A stretch of 64,000 nt of DNA from Vulcanimicrobiota bacterium (GCA_963733295.1 CAVTCS010000003.1:1280001-1344000), one strand, 5' to 3'. Counted from the stretch's first letter, positions 1-11,126 are shown. Made by a program: numbers and translations. Notes: generated from the letters alone by a model not told the origin.

Positions 1-898
1 GGATCCGCTCGACCTGACCAGGATTGCCGTACACGATCGCCGACTTTTCGGTCGCGATGTCGAGTCTGACGCCCGCCTCCGAGAATTGCGGGCGGTAGCG
101 ATCGCCGAGTTTCTGTAATATCGCGGCGAGATCGACCACGAACAGCTCGCGTTCGAGCGAACGGTCCGCTCCGGCGAGTAAGAGGAGGTCGCTCGTTAGA
201 CGCGACATCTGCTTGACCCCATCGCTAATGGCTTCGAAGCGCGAGCGGTCGTGGAGCGGATCCCGCTCCGTGTCGCGCAGCGCCGCATCGGCGGTAGCGG
301 CGATAGCCGTTAGGGGTCCCCGCAACTCGTGGGCTGCATCGGCGGTGAATTCACGCAGCGTTTGGAAACTCTGTGCGGCCGGCTTCACGGCCCGATGGAC
401 GAGCGCGCGGCCGCCCACGGCGCTCCCGACTACTGCAAGCAGCGTGCCGATCAAGAGACCCGTATCGAGATACCGGATGTCCGCCAGTTCCTGTTTGTTC
501 AACTCGCTGGCCCGAACCATGCCGACGCGTAAATTCCTCTGCGGGTCGAGAATTGGAATCGTGACGGTGTTGAACGTTTGCTGTCCGACCGAGAGTTGGC
601 GGCGACCCTCGACCAGCAAGGTGTCGATTTCCGGAACGAGACCCTCGGCGCCCACGAGCCGGCCGCGGTCATCGAACCATTGCAGCCCCTGTTCCCGAGT
701 TAAGAGGGCGACGTTCGATATCTCAGTCTTGTCAATCGCTAGGCTATTGCCACCGTACAGGACGCTTCGAAGGCCGGCCCGCGCGATTCCCTGAAGCCGC
801 GTATCCGTTTGCTGGTCGAGGATAGCGACGAAGGTGAATCGTACGGCTAGGGCGGCGAGCAAGAAAATCGCGGCAAATGCCGCGAGGTACGAAAGCAA
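1..898 (-). CDS. Two-component sensor histidine kinase (partial, runs off left edge)
   Basis: Manual translation gives an N-terminal TM (LLLSYLAAFAAIFLLAALAV), a second TM and the H-box EFTADAAHELRGPL. It follows an OmpR-type regulator. Start uncertain (TTG 898 or CTG 901). Confidence 0.85.
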   Translation of the reverse strand, partial: MLSYLAAFAAIFLLAALAVRFTFVAILDQQTDTRLQGIARAGLRSVLYGGNSLAIDKTEISNVALLTREQGLQWFDDRGRLVGAEGLVPEIDTLLVEGRRQLSVGQQTFNTVTIPILDPQRNLRVGMVRASELNKQELADIRYLDTGLLIGTLLAVVGSAVGGRALVHRAVKPAAQSFQTLREFTADAAHELRGPLTAIAATADAALRDTERDPLHDRSRFEAISDGVKQMSRLTSDLLLLAGADRSLERELFVVDLAAILQKLGDRYRPQFSEAGVRLDIATEKSAIVYGNPGQVERI

Positions 899-935
899 CA
901 GCCGCCGCTCGAGTGCGAGTGGAGTCGTTTCGGCC

Positions 936-1616
936 TCACGAACTGAAATCTGCGAGCCTGTACCCGACTCCGTACACGTTTTCGATCGGGTCGTGGAGTC
1001 CGCCCACGGCTCGGAACTTGCGGCGGATGTTGGTGATGTGCGTTTTGATGGCGTCATGCTCGGAAACGTCGCTGAATCCCGCGACCTTGTTGTGCAACAT
1101 TCCGCGACTGAAGACTTGAAGCGGGCTGCGCATAAGCGTTTCGAGAATCGTGTACTCGGTTCCGGTGAGCGGTACCGTTGCGCCGTTGCAAGTGACCAAG
1201 CTACGGCTTGGATCGAGCCGAAGTTCGCCGTGTTCGAGAACCGGTTCTTGCGGCACGCGCTGCCGCCGGGAAAGGGCTCGAATGCGCGCGGAAACCTCGG
1301 CTAAATCGAACGGCTTCACCAGATAGTCGTCGGCGCCCGTATCGAGCGCACCCACCTTGTCGCCGACTTCGTCGCGCGCGGTGATCATCAAGATGAGCGC
1401 CTTGGATTTCTCGGCACGCAGCCGGCGACACAACTCCAATCCGTCGAGCCCCGGCAAGAGGATGTCCAGTAAGATGACGTCGTGCACTTCGGTGCGAGCG
1501 AAATCGAGACCGGTGAGACCGTCCTCGGCGACGTCGACGGCATGGTGCTGCCGGCGCAGATCATCGGCCAACGATTGATGGATCCGTGCATCGTCTTCAA
1601 CGATCAAGATGCGCAT
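936..1616 (-). CDS. OmpR/PhoB-family response regulator
   Basis: MRILIVEDD, LLDILLPGLDG, GADDYLVKPF and winged-helix IENVYGVGYRL. Confidence 0.95.
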   Translation of the reverse strand: MRILIVEDDARIHQSLADDLRRQHHAVDVAEDGLTGLDFARTEVHDVILLDILLPGLDGLELCRRLRAEKSKALILMITARDEVGDKVGALDTGADDYLVKPFDLAEVSARIRALSRRQRVPQEPVLEHGELRLDPSRSLVTCNGATVPLTGTEYTILETLMRSPLQVFSRGMLHNKVAGFSDVSEHDAIKTHITNIRRKFRAVGGLHDPIENVYGVGYRLADFSS

Positions 1617-1753
1617 GAGAAACGAACTTGCTGTTCTCGGCCGTTGCCCGCATTCCCCGCGCCCGATCGATCTTCACGATTTCTTTACTCTCGAGTCGTA
1701 CAGTCTCTCTGTGATCGAGGTGACCGATAACCTCGTCGCGACGAAGGAGCACT

Positions 1754-2041
1754 ATGGCGCTACGGAAACTCATGATCGAGCGCGCAACTCCACAAGCCGG
1801 TTCGTTCGACCGCGAGCAGCTGCGAGGGACGGTTGCAAATGCGAATGAGGTGCTGCGGCGGGTCGGACCGGATATTCAGTGGCTCGAGGCGTACGTCGCG
1901 AACGATAAGACGTTCTGCGTTTACCTCGCCAAAGACGAATCCACTATCCGCAAGCATGCGGAGATCGGCGACTCACCGGCGACGACGCTCGCCGAAGTCC
2001 GTAAGATAATCGATCCGACGATCGAGGACTCCGACGCGTAA
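1754..2041 (+). CDS. DUF4242 (SCO4226-like, putative nickel-binding) protein
   Basis: KLMIER, IQW.E.YV..DKTFCVYLA, IRKHAE; SD AAGGAG upstream. Confidence 0.75.
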   Translation: MALRKLMIERATPQAGSFDREQLRGTVANANEVLRRVGPDIQWLEAYVANDKTFCVYLAKDESTIRKHAEIGDSPATTLAEVRKIIDPTIEDSDA

Positions 2042-2070
2042 GCGCGCCGCTGCGCGGTATACGGCCGACA

Positions 2071-2102
2071 AAAAGGCCCCGGTCGTACCCCCGGGGCCTT
2101 TT
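2071..2102. terminator. Bidirectional intrinsic terminator
   Basis: AAAAGGCCCCGG-8nt-CCGGGGCCTTTT perfect inverted repeat between the convergent DUF4242 gene and rpoC. Confidence 0.85.
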
Positions 2103-2115
2103 CTATGTGGCGCGC

Positions 2116-5100
2116 TTACAGATCTTCGGGGTTGATGCCCTTCTTGACGTACTGCGTGCTCTTGGGCGGAGCCACGACCGCGACGTCGGTGCCGTACTCT
2201 CCCTCGTAGTGGACGGTCTGTTCGAGGGGCGGGCGGCGATCCTGGAAGCCGCTGACCAGTTTCGAACCGTACACGAGAGGTTCCGGTTCCATTTCGTAGT
2301 CGGCCGGATCGAAGATCGCGCTCTTGGGACGGCCGTCCTCATCGAGATCCTGCCCTTCCGGTTCGATCGTCACGTTGCGATAGCGTGACATGCCCGTACC
2401 GGCCGGGATCAACTTTCCGATGATCACGTTTTCCTTGAGCCCGAGCAGCGGGTCGTGCTTTCCTTTGATCGCCGCGTCGGTCAGCACGCGCGTCGTCTCT
2501 TGGAAGCTGGCTGCCGACAGGAACGATTCGGTCGCAAGCGAGGCCTTCGTCACACCGAGCAAGACGGGCTTGCCTTCAGCGATCTTCTTGCCCTCCGCCG
2601 ACTGCTTCTCGTTCTCTTCACCGAAGATCGAGGATTCGATCAGCTGACCGGGCAGCATTCGCGTGTCGCCGCCGTCGACGATCTTGACCTTGCGCAACAT
2701 CGAGCGGACGATCGTTTCGATGTGCTTGTCGTTGATGTCGACGCCTTGCGAGCGGTAGACCTTTTGCACTTCCTGCACGAGGTACTGTTGGAGGGCGTTC
2801 TCGCCTTTGTACTCGAGGATCTCGTGCGGGTCGAGCGAGCCTTCGTTGAGCTGATCGCCGGCTTCGACCTTTTGAGCGTCGGCGATCATCAAGTGGGTAT
2901 TGTGCGGCACGTCGTACTCGTGCGCCTCACCGTGCGAATCGGTGACCGTGACGATCCGTTTGGACTTCTCGTCGCGGATGCTGACCGTGCCGGCGACGGT
3001 CGAGATCGTCGCCTTGCCCTTAGGCTTGCGCGCCTCGAAGATTTCCTCGACGCGCGGCAGACCCGTGATGATGTCCTCGGTCGCCACGCCGCCCGTGTGG
3101 AACGTGCGCAGCGTCAGCTGCGTACCCGGCTCGCCGATCGATTGCGCCGCGATGATCCCGACCGCCTCGCCGATGTCGACGCGTTTGCCGGTGGCGAGGT
3201 TACGCCCATAGCACATCGCGCAGACGCCGTACTTCGCTTGGCAGGTAAGGACCGAGCGGATCTTGACCGTCTTGATTCCCGCGTCGACGATCGCCTTAGC
3301 CTTCTCTTCGTCGATCTCTTCATCGCGCGAAACGAGCTTGGTCTTCGGTTTGGCGGGGTCTTTGACGTCCTCGGCCGCACGCCGCCCCACGATCCGGTCG
3401 TAGAGGGGCTCGATGATCTCTTTGCCGACCGCAATGTCGTGGACGGTGATCCCGTGCGTGGTTCCGCAGTCGTCTTCGCGTACGATGACGTCCTGAGCCA
3501 CGTCCACCAGACGGCGAGTCAGGTAGCCCGAGTCCGCGGTGCGCAACGCCGTGTCGGCCAGACCCTTACGCGCGCCGTGCGTCGAGATGAAGTATTCGAG
3601 GACCGTCAGGCCTTCTTTGAGCGAGGCCTTGACCGGAATCTCGAGGATCCGCCCCGACGGATCGGACATGAGACCGCGCATGCCGCCGAGCTGCTTGACT
3701 TGCGAGATCGAGCCGCGTGCGCCCGAGGTTGCCATCATGAAGACCGGGTTCATCGGGTTCTGCGCGGCCTGCATGGCAGCCGTGACGTCTTCCGACGCCT
3801 TCGACCAGATCTCGATCGTCTTGTTGTACTGCTCGTCGTCGTTGATGAAGCCTTGCTCGAAGTAATCTTGGAGCTTGTCGACCTGGTCCTGTGCCGTGTC
3901 GAGGATCTCGTACTTTTCTTGCGGCACGACGATGTCGCTGATCGAGACCGTCGTTCCCGAACGGGTCGCGTACCGGAAACCCAGCGCCTTGATCGCGTCG
4001 AGAAACTCCGCGGTCTCGGCGTTGCCGTGGCGGCGGTAGCACTCGGTGATCAGCTTGCGCAGGGCCGACTTGTCGATGATGTGGTTACGGAACGGCTCGT
4101 TCCATCCGGCCGGGAAGGCCTCGTTGAAGATCACCCGTCCGACGGTCGTGCGAATCAGCTCGCCGCGGACTCGGACGCGAATCCACTCCTGCAGTTCGAT
4201 GACGTCATGCTCGTAGGCCGTGATCGCCGAGGTAGGATTCTCGAATGCGCGCAGCCGTTCGGCCTCGGGCGTTCCATCTGCGTCGGCCGGTTTCTTGACC
4301 TTCGCCTTGCCGTTGGTCGGGGAAAGCATCGTTTCAACCGGCACGCTGAAGTCCTCGGGAATCGCACCCTTGGCCGGACCGCGATACTCGTCGCGCTGGA
4401 ACGTGAGGTAATAGAGCCCCAGAACCATGTCCTGGGTCGGAATCGAAACCGGCTGACCGAAGCTCGGCTGCAAGATGTTGTTGGACGACAGCATCAGGAT
4501 GCGCGCTTCGGCTTGCGCTCCGGCCGAAAGCGGAAGGTGGACTGCCATCTGATCGCCGTCGAAGTCCGCATTGTACGGCGTGCAGACGAGCGGATGGAGG
4601 TGAATCGCCTTGCCCTCGACCAGCACGGGCTCGAAAGCTTGAATGCCGAGGCGGTGCAGCGTCGGAGCGCGGTTGAGGAGAACCGGATGCTCGCGAATCA
4701 CTTCGTCGAGTACGTCCCAAACCTCGGGACGCACCCGCTCGACCATGCGCTTCGCACTCTTGATGTTGTGCGCTTGACCGTGGTCGACCAGCTTCTTCAT
4801 CACGAAAGGCTTGAAGAGCTCGAGCGCCATTTCTTTGGGCAGACCGCACTGATGAAGCTTGAGATTCGGTCCGACGACGATGACCGAGCGGCCCGAGTAG
4901 TCGACGCGCTTGCCCAGCAGGTTCTGACGGAAGCGGCCTTGCTTGCCCTTGAGGATGTCCGAAAGCGATTTCAGAGGCCGATTGTTCGGCCCCGTGACGG
5001 GCCGTCCGCGCCGGCCATTGTCGATCAGCGCGTCGACCGCCTCTTGCAGCATGCGCTTCTCGTTCTTGATGATGATCTCGGGGGCGGAGAGCTCGAGCAG

Positions 5101-5916
5101 GCGCTTGAGGCGGTTGTTGCGATTGATGACGCGGCGGTAGAGGTCGTTGAGATCGGAAGTCGCAAAGCGGCCGCCGTCGAGCTGTACCATCGGACGCAGT
5201 TCCGGCGCGATGACCGGTACGGCCGAAAGGATCATCCACTCCGGCTTGTTGCCTGAGTTGAGAAACGCTTCGACGACCTCGAGGCGCTTGATCGCCTTGA
5301 TCCGTTTCTGGCCGGTGACTTCCTTGAACTCTTTGCGCAGCTCTTCTTGGAGCTTGCGCAGGTTCAGGTCGCGCAGCAACTCGCGGATCGCTTCGGCGCC
5401 CATCCCCGCTTTGAAGGCGTTCCCGTACTTGTCGCGAGCTTCGCGATATTTCTGCTCGGTCAGGATCTCGCGCTTGGTCAGCGTCGTGTTGCCCGGATCG
5501 ATGACGATATAGGCGGCGAAGTAGATGACCTTCTCGAGCTGACGCGGCGACATGTCCAGCAGGATGCCGATGCGCGACGGCACGCCCTTGAAGTACCAGA
5601 TGTGCGTCACGGGCGTCGCGAGTTCGATGTGGCCCATCCGCTCGCGCCGCACTTTGGCGCGCGTGATCTCGACGCCGCAGCGATCGCAGATCATCCCTTT
5701 GAAGCGAATGCGCTTGTATTTACCGCAGTGGCATTCCCAATCTTTGGTGGGTCCGAAAATCTTCTCGCAAAATAAACCGTCGCGCTCGGGCTTGAGCGTG
5801 CGATAGTTAATCGTTTCGGGTTTCTTCACCTCACCGAACGACCAGGCGCGGATCTGTTCGGGGCTGGCGAGACCGATGCGCATCGCATCGAAATTATTGA
5901 CGTCGAGAAGATTCAT
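2116..5916 (-). CDS. rpoC: DNA-directed RNA polymerase beta' subunit
   Basis: NADFDGDQM active site, N-terminal Zn finger, [11 protein letters not shown] trigger loop, SAASFQET. Confidence 0.99.
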   Translation of the reverse strand: MNLLDVNNFDAMRIGLASPEQIRAWSFGEVKKPETINYRTLKPERDGLFCEKIFGPTKDWECHCGKYKRIRFKGMICDRCGVEITRAKVRRERMGHIELATPVTHIWYFKGVPSRIGILLDMSPRQLEKVIYFAAYIVIDPGNTTLTKREILTEQKYREARDKYGNAFKAGMGAEAIRELLRDLNLRKLQEELRKEFKEVTGQKRIKAIKRLEVVEAFLNSGNKPEWMILSAVPVIAPELRPMVQLDGGRFATSDLNDLYRRVINRNNRLKRLLELSAPEIIIKNEKRMLQEAVDALIDNGRRGRPVTGPNNRPLKSLSDILKGKQGRFRQNLLGKRVDYSGRSVIVVGPNLKLHQCGLPKEMALELFKPFVMKKLVDHGQAHNIKSAKRMVERVRPEVWDVLDEVIREHPVLLNRAPTLHRLGIQAFEPVLVEGKAIHLHPLVCTPYNADFDGDQMAVHLPLSAGAQAEARILMLSSNNILQPSFGQPVSIPTQDMVLGLYYLTFQRDEYRGPAKGAIPEDFSVPVETMLSPTNGKAKVKKPADADGTPEAERLRAFENPTSAITAYEHDVIELQEWIRVRVRGELIRTTVGRVIFNEAFPAGWNEPFRNHIIDKSALRKLITECYRRHGNAETAEFLDAIKALGFRYATRSGTTVSISDIVVPQEKYEILDTAQDQVDKLQDYFEQGFINDDEQYNKTIEIWSKASEDVTAAMQAAQNPMNPVFMMATSGARGSISQVKQLGGMRGLMSDPSGRILEIPVKASLKEGLTVLEYFISTHGARKGLADTALRTADSGYLTRRLVDVAQDVIVREDDCGTTHGITVHDIAVGKEIIEPLYDRIVGRRAAEDVKDPAKPKTKLVSRDEEIDEEKAKAIVDAGIKTVKIRSVLTCQAKYGVCAMCYGRNLATGKRVDIGEAVGIIAAQSIGEPGTQLTLRTFHTGGVATEDIITGLPRVEEIFEARKPKGKATISTVAGTVSIRDEKSKRIVTVTDSHGEAHEYDVPHNTHLMIADAQKVEAGDQLNEGSLDPHEILEYKGENALQQYLVQEVQKVYRSQGVDINDKHIETIVRSMLRKVKIVDGGDTRMLPGQLIESSIFGEENEKQSAEGKKIAEGKPVLLGVTKASLATESFLSAASFQETTRVLTDAAIKGKHDPLLGLKENVIIGKLIPAGTGMSRYRNVTIEPEGQDLDEDGRPKSAIFDPADYEMEPEPLVYGSKLVSGFQDRRPPLEQTVHYEGEYGTDVAVVAPPKSTQYVKKGINPEDL

Positions 5917-6021
5917 TCAGTCCTCATGCCGGGGCTCGCGGACGGACGGACAAAACACAAGCAGGGCTCGACGTCCGTCGCTCCCTGAAATCCGTCTATC
6001 GGCCGCGGGGCATAGGCGGTT

Positions 6022-6050
6022 ATTGTACTGCGTCCTCGCAAGGCCGTCAA
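6022..6050 (-). promoter_or_regulatory. Sigma70-type promoter for rpoC
   Basis: TTGACG-17nt-TACAAT on the minus strand, about 105 nt upstream of the rpoC ATG. Confidence 0.75.
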
Positions 6051-6066
6051 GCTTCTCCGCGGGAGC

Positions 6067-6153
6067 TATAAGCGCCAAGTAGAGATGTCCCCGGCTCGGC
6101 CAAGTAGAGATGTCCCCGGCTCGGCCAAGTACAGATGTCCCCTCGCGGGGACA
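6067..6153. repeat. Triple tandem 25-bp repeat, probable orphan transposon/IS end
   Basis: GCCAAGTAGAGATGTCCCCGGCTCG x2 (6074-6123) plus a partial third copy with 1 mismatch (6124-6142), preceded by TATAAGC. No spacers. The IS-end identity is inference. Confidence 0.8.
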
Positions 6154-6173
6154 CGTGGCGTGTTTGGCCACGT

Positions 6174-6713
6174 TCACGGATTAGAGACCGGCGGTTCAAA
6201 CGAGCCGCCCGTCGGGCAGACGTTCACAGTAAAGGTCAGCACCTTGGCGGGTGGGGCGCTCTTCCAAGGCCTCGCATATTGCATGACGATATGGGTGGGA
6301 CCGCGGCCATAGCTCGGCGTCATGAGGAACACGAACATCTCCTCGCCGGCAGTTCCCAGCCTGCCGGCGCCTCTGCTCGGCGCCCTATATGCAGTCCCGA
6401 GAAGCACCTCGGTCGGAGGAATCGGCGTCACCGTTGGCTGCGGGACCGCACCTGCCGCGGTAGTCGCGAAGGGGTGAGCACCTTCCGGCCATACCGAGGG
6501 CGTCCGGTACGACCAACGGTAGCCGGTGCCGGGTGTGGTCGGTAACACCAGAAGGATGAGCCGTCCGGCGGTCGTTGTGAGGACCGTTTGCTCAGGCGAT
6601 CCGGCGGTCGGCGCAACGTTGCCATAGGCCGGCGCCGGCACGCGCAGGCACGGATTCGCAGGACTGGACTGCGCGGCGGCCGGCGGGCGAAAGAGCGCTG
6701 CAATCAGCAGCAC
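6174..6713 (-). CDS. Secreted protease inhibitor I42 (chagasin) family protein
   Basis: LVLPTTPGTGYRW, LGTAGEEMFVF and MQYARPWK match the chagasin NPTTGY.W / GAGG / Y.RPW loops; hydrophobic N-terminus. Confidence 0.7.
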   Translation of the reverse strand: MLLIAALFRPPAAAQSSPANPCLRVPAPAYGNVAPTAGSPEQTVLTTTAGRLILLVLPTTPGTGYRWSYRTPSVWPEGAHPFATTAAGAVPQPTVTPIPPTEVLLGTAYRAPSRGAGRLGTAGEEMFVFLMTPSYGRGPTHIVMQYARPWKSAPPAKVLTFTVNVCPTGGSFEPPVSNP

Positions 6714-6741
6714 GGCGATTCCGTCCGGCAGCCGAGTTCGC

Positions 6742-9700
6742 CTAGTAGTCGTCCTCGACGCCCAGCGGGGTTTCTTCGTCGTCGTCGTCGGGTTCGGGTT
6801 CTTCCTCTTCTTCTTCGAGGACGTAACCTTCGTCGACGTCGTCCTCTTCGGCGACGACCGCTTCTTCCTCGAGCACTTCTTCGGTCAGCTCGTCGGGCAA
6901 ACCGGCGATCCGCCCGAGTCCGCCTTCCTCGAGATCCGGTGAGGCGGGGATGATGCTGCGCGGCGAGACCGTTGCGGCGGCGACTTCCTCATCGCTCGCT
7001 TCAGCTTCCTCATCCTCCTCGGCTTCTTCGTCGGACTCAGCGATCTCGGCGGCGAGGCCGCTTAGACCCGCGACCGCTTCGGCCGCGCGGAGCTGCTCGG
7101 CTTCGCGTTGCGCCGCGACCGTTTGCGCGAGACGCGGATCCTCGTCGCCGACGAGGAGGCCGATGTCCTTGGCGGTCTCGGTCATGTCGTCGTCTTGGAT
7201 CTTGATCTCGATCTCTTCGCGGTTCTCGGTCAGCACCTTGACGTCGAGCGCCAACGATTGGAGTTCCTTGATGAGGACTTTGAACGATTCGGGAACGCCC
7301 GGCTCCATGACGTTCTCGCCCTTCACGATCGCTTCGTACGTCTTGACGCGACCGACGACATCGTCGGACTTCACGGTCAAGAGTTCTTGCAGTGTGTAGG
7401 CCGCGCCGTAGGCTTCCAGCGCCCAGACTTCCATTTCGCCGAACCGCTGTCCGCCGAACTGCGCTTTTCCGCCCAGCGGCTGCTGAGTGATCATCGAGTA
7501 CGGACCGGTCGAACGCGCGTGAATCTTGTCGTCGACGAGGTGCGCGAGCTTGAGCATGTAGATCATGCCGACCGTAATCGGACGGCCGAAGCGGTCGCCG
7601 GTGCGGCCGTCGCGCAGCCAGGTTTTACCGTCGGCCGGCAAACCCGCATCCTGCAACCACTCGGCGATGTCTTCGGCGTGCGCGCCGTCGAACACCGGGG
7701 TCGCGATCTGCATTCCCAGCATCTGCGCGGCCCAGCCCAAGTGCGTTTCCATGATCTGTCCGAGGTTCATGCGCGAGGGCACGCCCAGCGGGTTCAGCAC
7801 GATGTCGACCGGAGTGCCGTCTTCCATATACGGCATGTCTTCTTCGGGTAGAACCTTGGCGATAACGCCCTTGTTCCCGTGACGCCCTGCCATCTTGTCG
7901 CCTTGCAGAATCTTTCGTTTCTGGGCGACGTAGACGCGCACGAGATGGCTCACGCCCGGCGACAGCTCGTCGCCGTTGTCGCGCGAGAACATCTTGACGT
8001 CGATGATCTTGCCCTTTTCGCCGTGCGGAACTTTCAGCGAGGTGTCGCGCACTTCGCGCGACTTCTCACCGAAGATCGCGCGCAGCAGGCGCTCTTCAGC
8101 CGTCAGCTCGGTCTCGCCCTTGGGCGTCACCTTGCCGACGAGGATGTCTTCGGGGCGAACCTCGGCGCCGATACGAATGATCCCGTTCTCGTCGAGATCC
8201 TTGAGCGCGTCTTCACCGACGTTGGGAATGTCGCGCGTGATCTCTTCGGGTCCGAGTTTGGTGTCGCGCGCTTCGCACTCGTACTCCTCGATGTGGATCG
8301 AGGTGAAGCGATCGTCCTTGACCATGCGCTCCGAGATGAGGATCGCGTCTTCGTAGTTGTAGCCTTCCCAGGGCATGAACGCGACCATGACGTTTTGGCC
8401 GAGGGCCATCTCGCCTTGTTCGGAGCTCGGGCCGTCGGCCAGAATCTGGCCGCGCACGACCCGGTCGCCGCGCTGCACGATCGGCGTCTGGTTGATGCAC
8501 GTGCCCGCGTTGGAGCGGGTGAACTTCAGCAACTCGTACGACTTCTCGAGCCCGGTCTCGTCGCTCTTGACGACCACCGCACGGGCATCAACGTCGGTTA
8601 CTTCACCGGCCTCTTCGGCCAAAACGCAACCACCGGAATCCTTGGCCGCGCGGTATTCCATACCCGTGCCGATGATCGGCGCCTGCGGACGCAGCAGCGG
8701 CACGGCCTGGCGCTGCATGTTTGCGCCCATCAAAGCGCGATTCGCGTCGTCGTGCTCGAGGAACGGAATCAGCGCGGTGGCCACCGAGACGATCTGCTTC
8801 GGCGAGACGTCCATGAGCTGCACGCGCGATGGCGGTTCGGTGACGTACTCCTCGGCGTAACGCGCGACGGCTTGCTCGGCGCTGATCCGTCCGTCCGAGT
8901 CGAGCGGCGTGTTGGCTTGCGCGATGATGTATTCGTCTTCGCGATCGGCGGTCAGGTAGCGGATCTCGTTCGAGACGACCCCGTCGTACACGACGCGATA
9001 GGGCGTCTCGATGAAGCCGTACTTGTTGACGCGCGCGAAGGTCGCGAGCGACCCGATCAGACCGATGTTCGGGCCTTCAGGCGTTTCGATCGGACAGATG
9101 CGGCCGTAGTGCGAGTGGTGGACGTCGCGAACTTCGAAGCCGGCGCGCTCGCGCGAAAGACCGCCCGGCCCGAGGGCCGAGAGGCGGCGCTTGTGCGTCA
9201 GTTCGGCCAGCGAGTTCGTCTGGTCCATGAACTGCGAGAGCTGGCTCGATCCGAAGAATTCCTTGATCGCGGCGACGACCGGACGGATATTGATCAGCGC
9301 TTGTGGCGTGACGGTCTCGATGTCCTGAACCGTCATGCGCTCGCGCACGACGCGCTCGAGGCGCAGCAACCCGACGCGGAACTGATTTTGCAGCAGCTCG
9401 CCGACCGAGCGAATGCGCCGGTTTCCGAGATGGTCGATGTCGTCGATGTGCACTTGCTTCGTCGCGACCTTGATCAGGCGGCGGATGACCGCGATCATGT
9501 CCTCGCGCACGAGGCACTTCTTGTCGATGGGCGGAATCCGGAGTCCCGCGGCGTTGTACTCGCGCTCGAGCTTGCCCGAGAGCTTGTAGCGTCCCACGCC
9601 GGCGAGGTCGTAGCGCTTCTCGTCGAAGAAGAGCGACTCGATCAGCTTTTCGGCGTTTTCGGCGTTCTCGGGCTCGCCTGGACGAAGCTTCTTGTAGATC

Positions 9701-10614
9701 TCTTTGAGCGCGTCCTCGCGAGTCTTGACGTCCTTGTCTTTTTCGAGACAGTTGACGATCAGGGGGCTGTTGTCGAACAACGCCAAGATCGCTCCGTCGC
9801 TCTCCCAGTTGAAGCCGAGATCGGGGCGCGATAGCGCGCGAACGAAGGTCGTGACGTAGATTTTGCGGTTCTTATCGATGCGGACGCCGAGCGTACCCTC
9901 GGTTTCATCGTTCTTCGTGCCATTATCGGTTTCGAACTCGATCCATGCGCCGCGATTTGGAATGATCGTCGCATTATAGGTAGGCCGATTGTTCGTATCG
10001 ACGTCCTTAAGGAAGTAGACGCCGGGCGAGCGGACCAACTGGCTCACGATCACGCGCTCGGCGCCGTTGATCATGAACGTGCCTTTGTCGGTCATGAGCG
10101 GGAAGTCGCCCATGAAGATTTCCTGGTCGGGAATACCCTTGATTTCGCCCGACTCCGCGGTGATAAGACGAACGCGGACCCGCAGCGGAACGCTGTAGGT
10201 CATGTCGCGTTCGCGGCACTCCTCAACCGAGTACTTCGGTTCGCCGAGCGAGTGTTCGCCGAACTCGAGTACGAGGTTGCCCGTGAAATCTTTAATCGGC
10301 GAGATCGAGTCGAACGCTTCTTTGAGACCGTCGGTAATGAACCAGCGGAACGAAGCCTTTTGCAACTCGATGAGATCGGGGAGTTCGAGAACGTCCGCGA
10401 TCTTCGCGAAGCTGAAACGGGAACGTTTCGGACCGGGGTCCGCGTAGCGCTCGACCGTAAATGCTTGAGTTTCCGGCGAAAAACTCGAAGAAATCGGCGC
10501 GGGCGCGATCGATACCGCACCCTCCTCGCCTTTTCCCGAACGCTTCGCACGGGTCGCCTTCCCGGCAGGCGCCTTGCTAGATGCAGACGACTTGGGAAGC
10601 ATCGATTTCGCCAT
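6742..10614 (-). CDS. rpoB: DNA-directed RNA polymerase beta subunit
   Basis: [39 protein letters not shown]. Confidence 0.99.
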   Translation of the reverse strand: MAKSMLPKSSASSKAPAGKATRAKRSGKGEEGAVSIAPAPISSSFSPETQAFTVERYADPGPKRSRFSFAKIADVLELPDLIELQKASFRWFITDGLKEAFDSISPIKDFTGNLVLEFGEHSLGEPKYSVEECRERDMTYSVPLRVRVRLITAESGEIKGIPDQEIFMGDFPLMTDKGTFMINGAERVIVSQLVRSPGVYFLKDVDTNNRPTYNATIIPNRGAWIEFETDNGTKNDETEGTLGVRIDKNRKIYVTTFVRALSRPDLGFNWESDGAILALFDNSPLIVNCLEKDKDVKTREDALKEIYKKLRPGEPENAENAEKLIESLFFDEKRYDLAGVGRYKLSGKLEREYNAAGLRIPPIDKKCLVREDMIAVIRRLIKVATKQVHIDDIDHLGNRRIRSVGELLQNQFRVGLLRLERVVRERMTVQDIETVTPQALINIRPVVAAIKEFFGSSQLSQFMDQTNSLAELTHKRRLSALGPGGLSRERAGFEVRDVHHSHYGRICPIETPEGPNIGLIGSLATFARVNKYGFIETPYRVVYDGVVSNEIRYLTADREDEYIIAQANTPLDSDGRISAEQAVARYAEEYVTEPPSRVQLMDVSPKQIVSVATALIPFLEHDDANRALMGANMQRQAVPLLRPQAPIIGTGMEYRAAKDSGGCVLAEEAGEVTDVDARAVVVKSDETGLEKSYELLKFTRSNAGTCINQTPIVQRGDRVVRGQILADGPSSEQGEMALGQNVMVAFMPWEGYNYEDAILISERMVKDDRFTSIHIEEYECEARDTKLGPEEITRDIPNVGEDALKDLDENGIIRIGAEVRPEDILVGKVTPKGETELTAEERLLRAIFGEKSREVRDTSLKVPHGEKGKIIDVKMFSRDNGDELSPGVSHLVRVYVAQKRKILQGDKMAGRHGNKGVIAKVLPEEDMPYMEDGTPVDIVLNPLGVPSRMNLGQIMETHLGWAAQMLGMQIATPVFDGAHAEDIAEWLQDAGLPADGKTWLRDGRTGDRFGRPITVGMIYMLKLAHLVDDKIHARSTGPYSMITQQPLGGKAQFGGQRFGEMEVWALEAYGAAYTLQELLTVKSDDVVGRVKTYEAIVKGENVMEPGVPESFKVLIKELQSLALDVKVLTENREEIEIKIQDDDMTETAKDIGLLVGDEDPRLAQTVAAQREAEQLRAAEAVAGLSGLAAEIAESDEEAEEDEEAEASDEEVAAATVSPRSIIPASPDLEEGGLGRIAGLPDELTEEVLEEEAVVAEEDDVDEGYVLEEEEEEPEPDDDDEETPLGVEDDY

Positions 10615-10692
10615 TAATTCTTTTTTTTAACTCTCAAAAACGAAGCGCACAACGGGAAATGGACCCGGAGAACCCTCCGGGCACAGGCGGAC

Positions 10693-10721
10693 AGCATACC
10701 ACGCAGGTCGAGTCGCGTCAA
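10693..10721 (-). promoter_or_regulatory. Sigma70-type promoter for rpoB
   Basis: TTGACG-17nt-TATGCT with extended -10 TG (TGGTATGCT). Confidence 0.7.
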
Positions 10722-10793
10722 GGCGCCCACGTCCCGTCCGGAGACGGGGCGGGGCGTCTAAATGCTTACTTGCCGGCTTGGTCGCCTAGCTAG

Positions 10794-11126
10794 TTACCGG
10801 TATGCCGTACGCGACTGGAAGCAGTCGCGGCAGTAAACCGGCTTGTCGCCGCGCGGCTGAAACGGCACTTCGGCCGTCTGTCCGCATTGGCTGCAGGTAG
10901 TCACGAACATCTCGCGATTCCCGCCGCCGTTGCCCCCACGCGCGCTTCCGCCGTAGCCGCCGCCCCCGCCGGAGGCGGAACGCTGCTGCTTACGGGCGGC
11001 CCGGCAGTCCGGGCAGCGGTTGGGCTTATTTTGGAAGCCTTTGCTTGCGAAAAACTGCTGTTCGCCCGACGTGAAAACGAAGGGGGAATTGCAGTCTACG
11101 CAACTCAGGGTTTCATCAGTGTACAA
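10794..11126 (-). CDS. Zinc-ribbon / CxxC-x17-CxxC domain protein
   Basis: CVDC...FVFTSGEQQFF..KGF.N.P.RCPDC, Gly-rich linker, CSQC...VPFQPRGDKPVYCRDC; TTG start after AGGAG. Confidence 0.9.
   Translation of the reverse strand: MYTDETLSCVDCNSPFVFTSGEQQFFASKGFQNKPNRCPDCRAARKQQRSASGGGGGYGGSARGGNGGGNREMFVTTCSQCGQTAEVPFQPRGDKPVYCRDCFQSRTAYR

Noticed and set aside
6074..6142. 25-bp repeats as a mini CRISPR array
   Set aside because: Units are directly adjacent with no unique spacers, and there are no cas genes in the window.
2455..9834. Long plus-strand ORFs (933 aa, 651 aa) opposite rpoC/rpoB, and similar ones opposite prfA, pyrG, patatin and the WD40 gene
   Set aside because: Antisense shadows expected from high-GC codon bias; no recognisable motifs.
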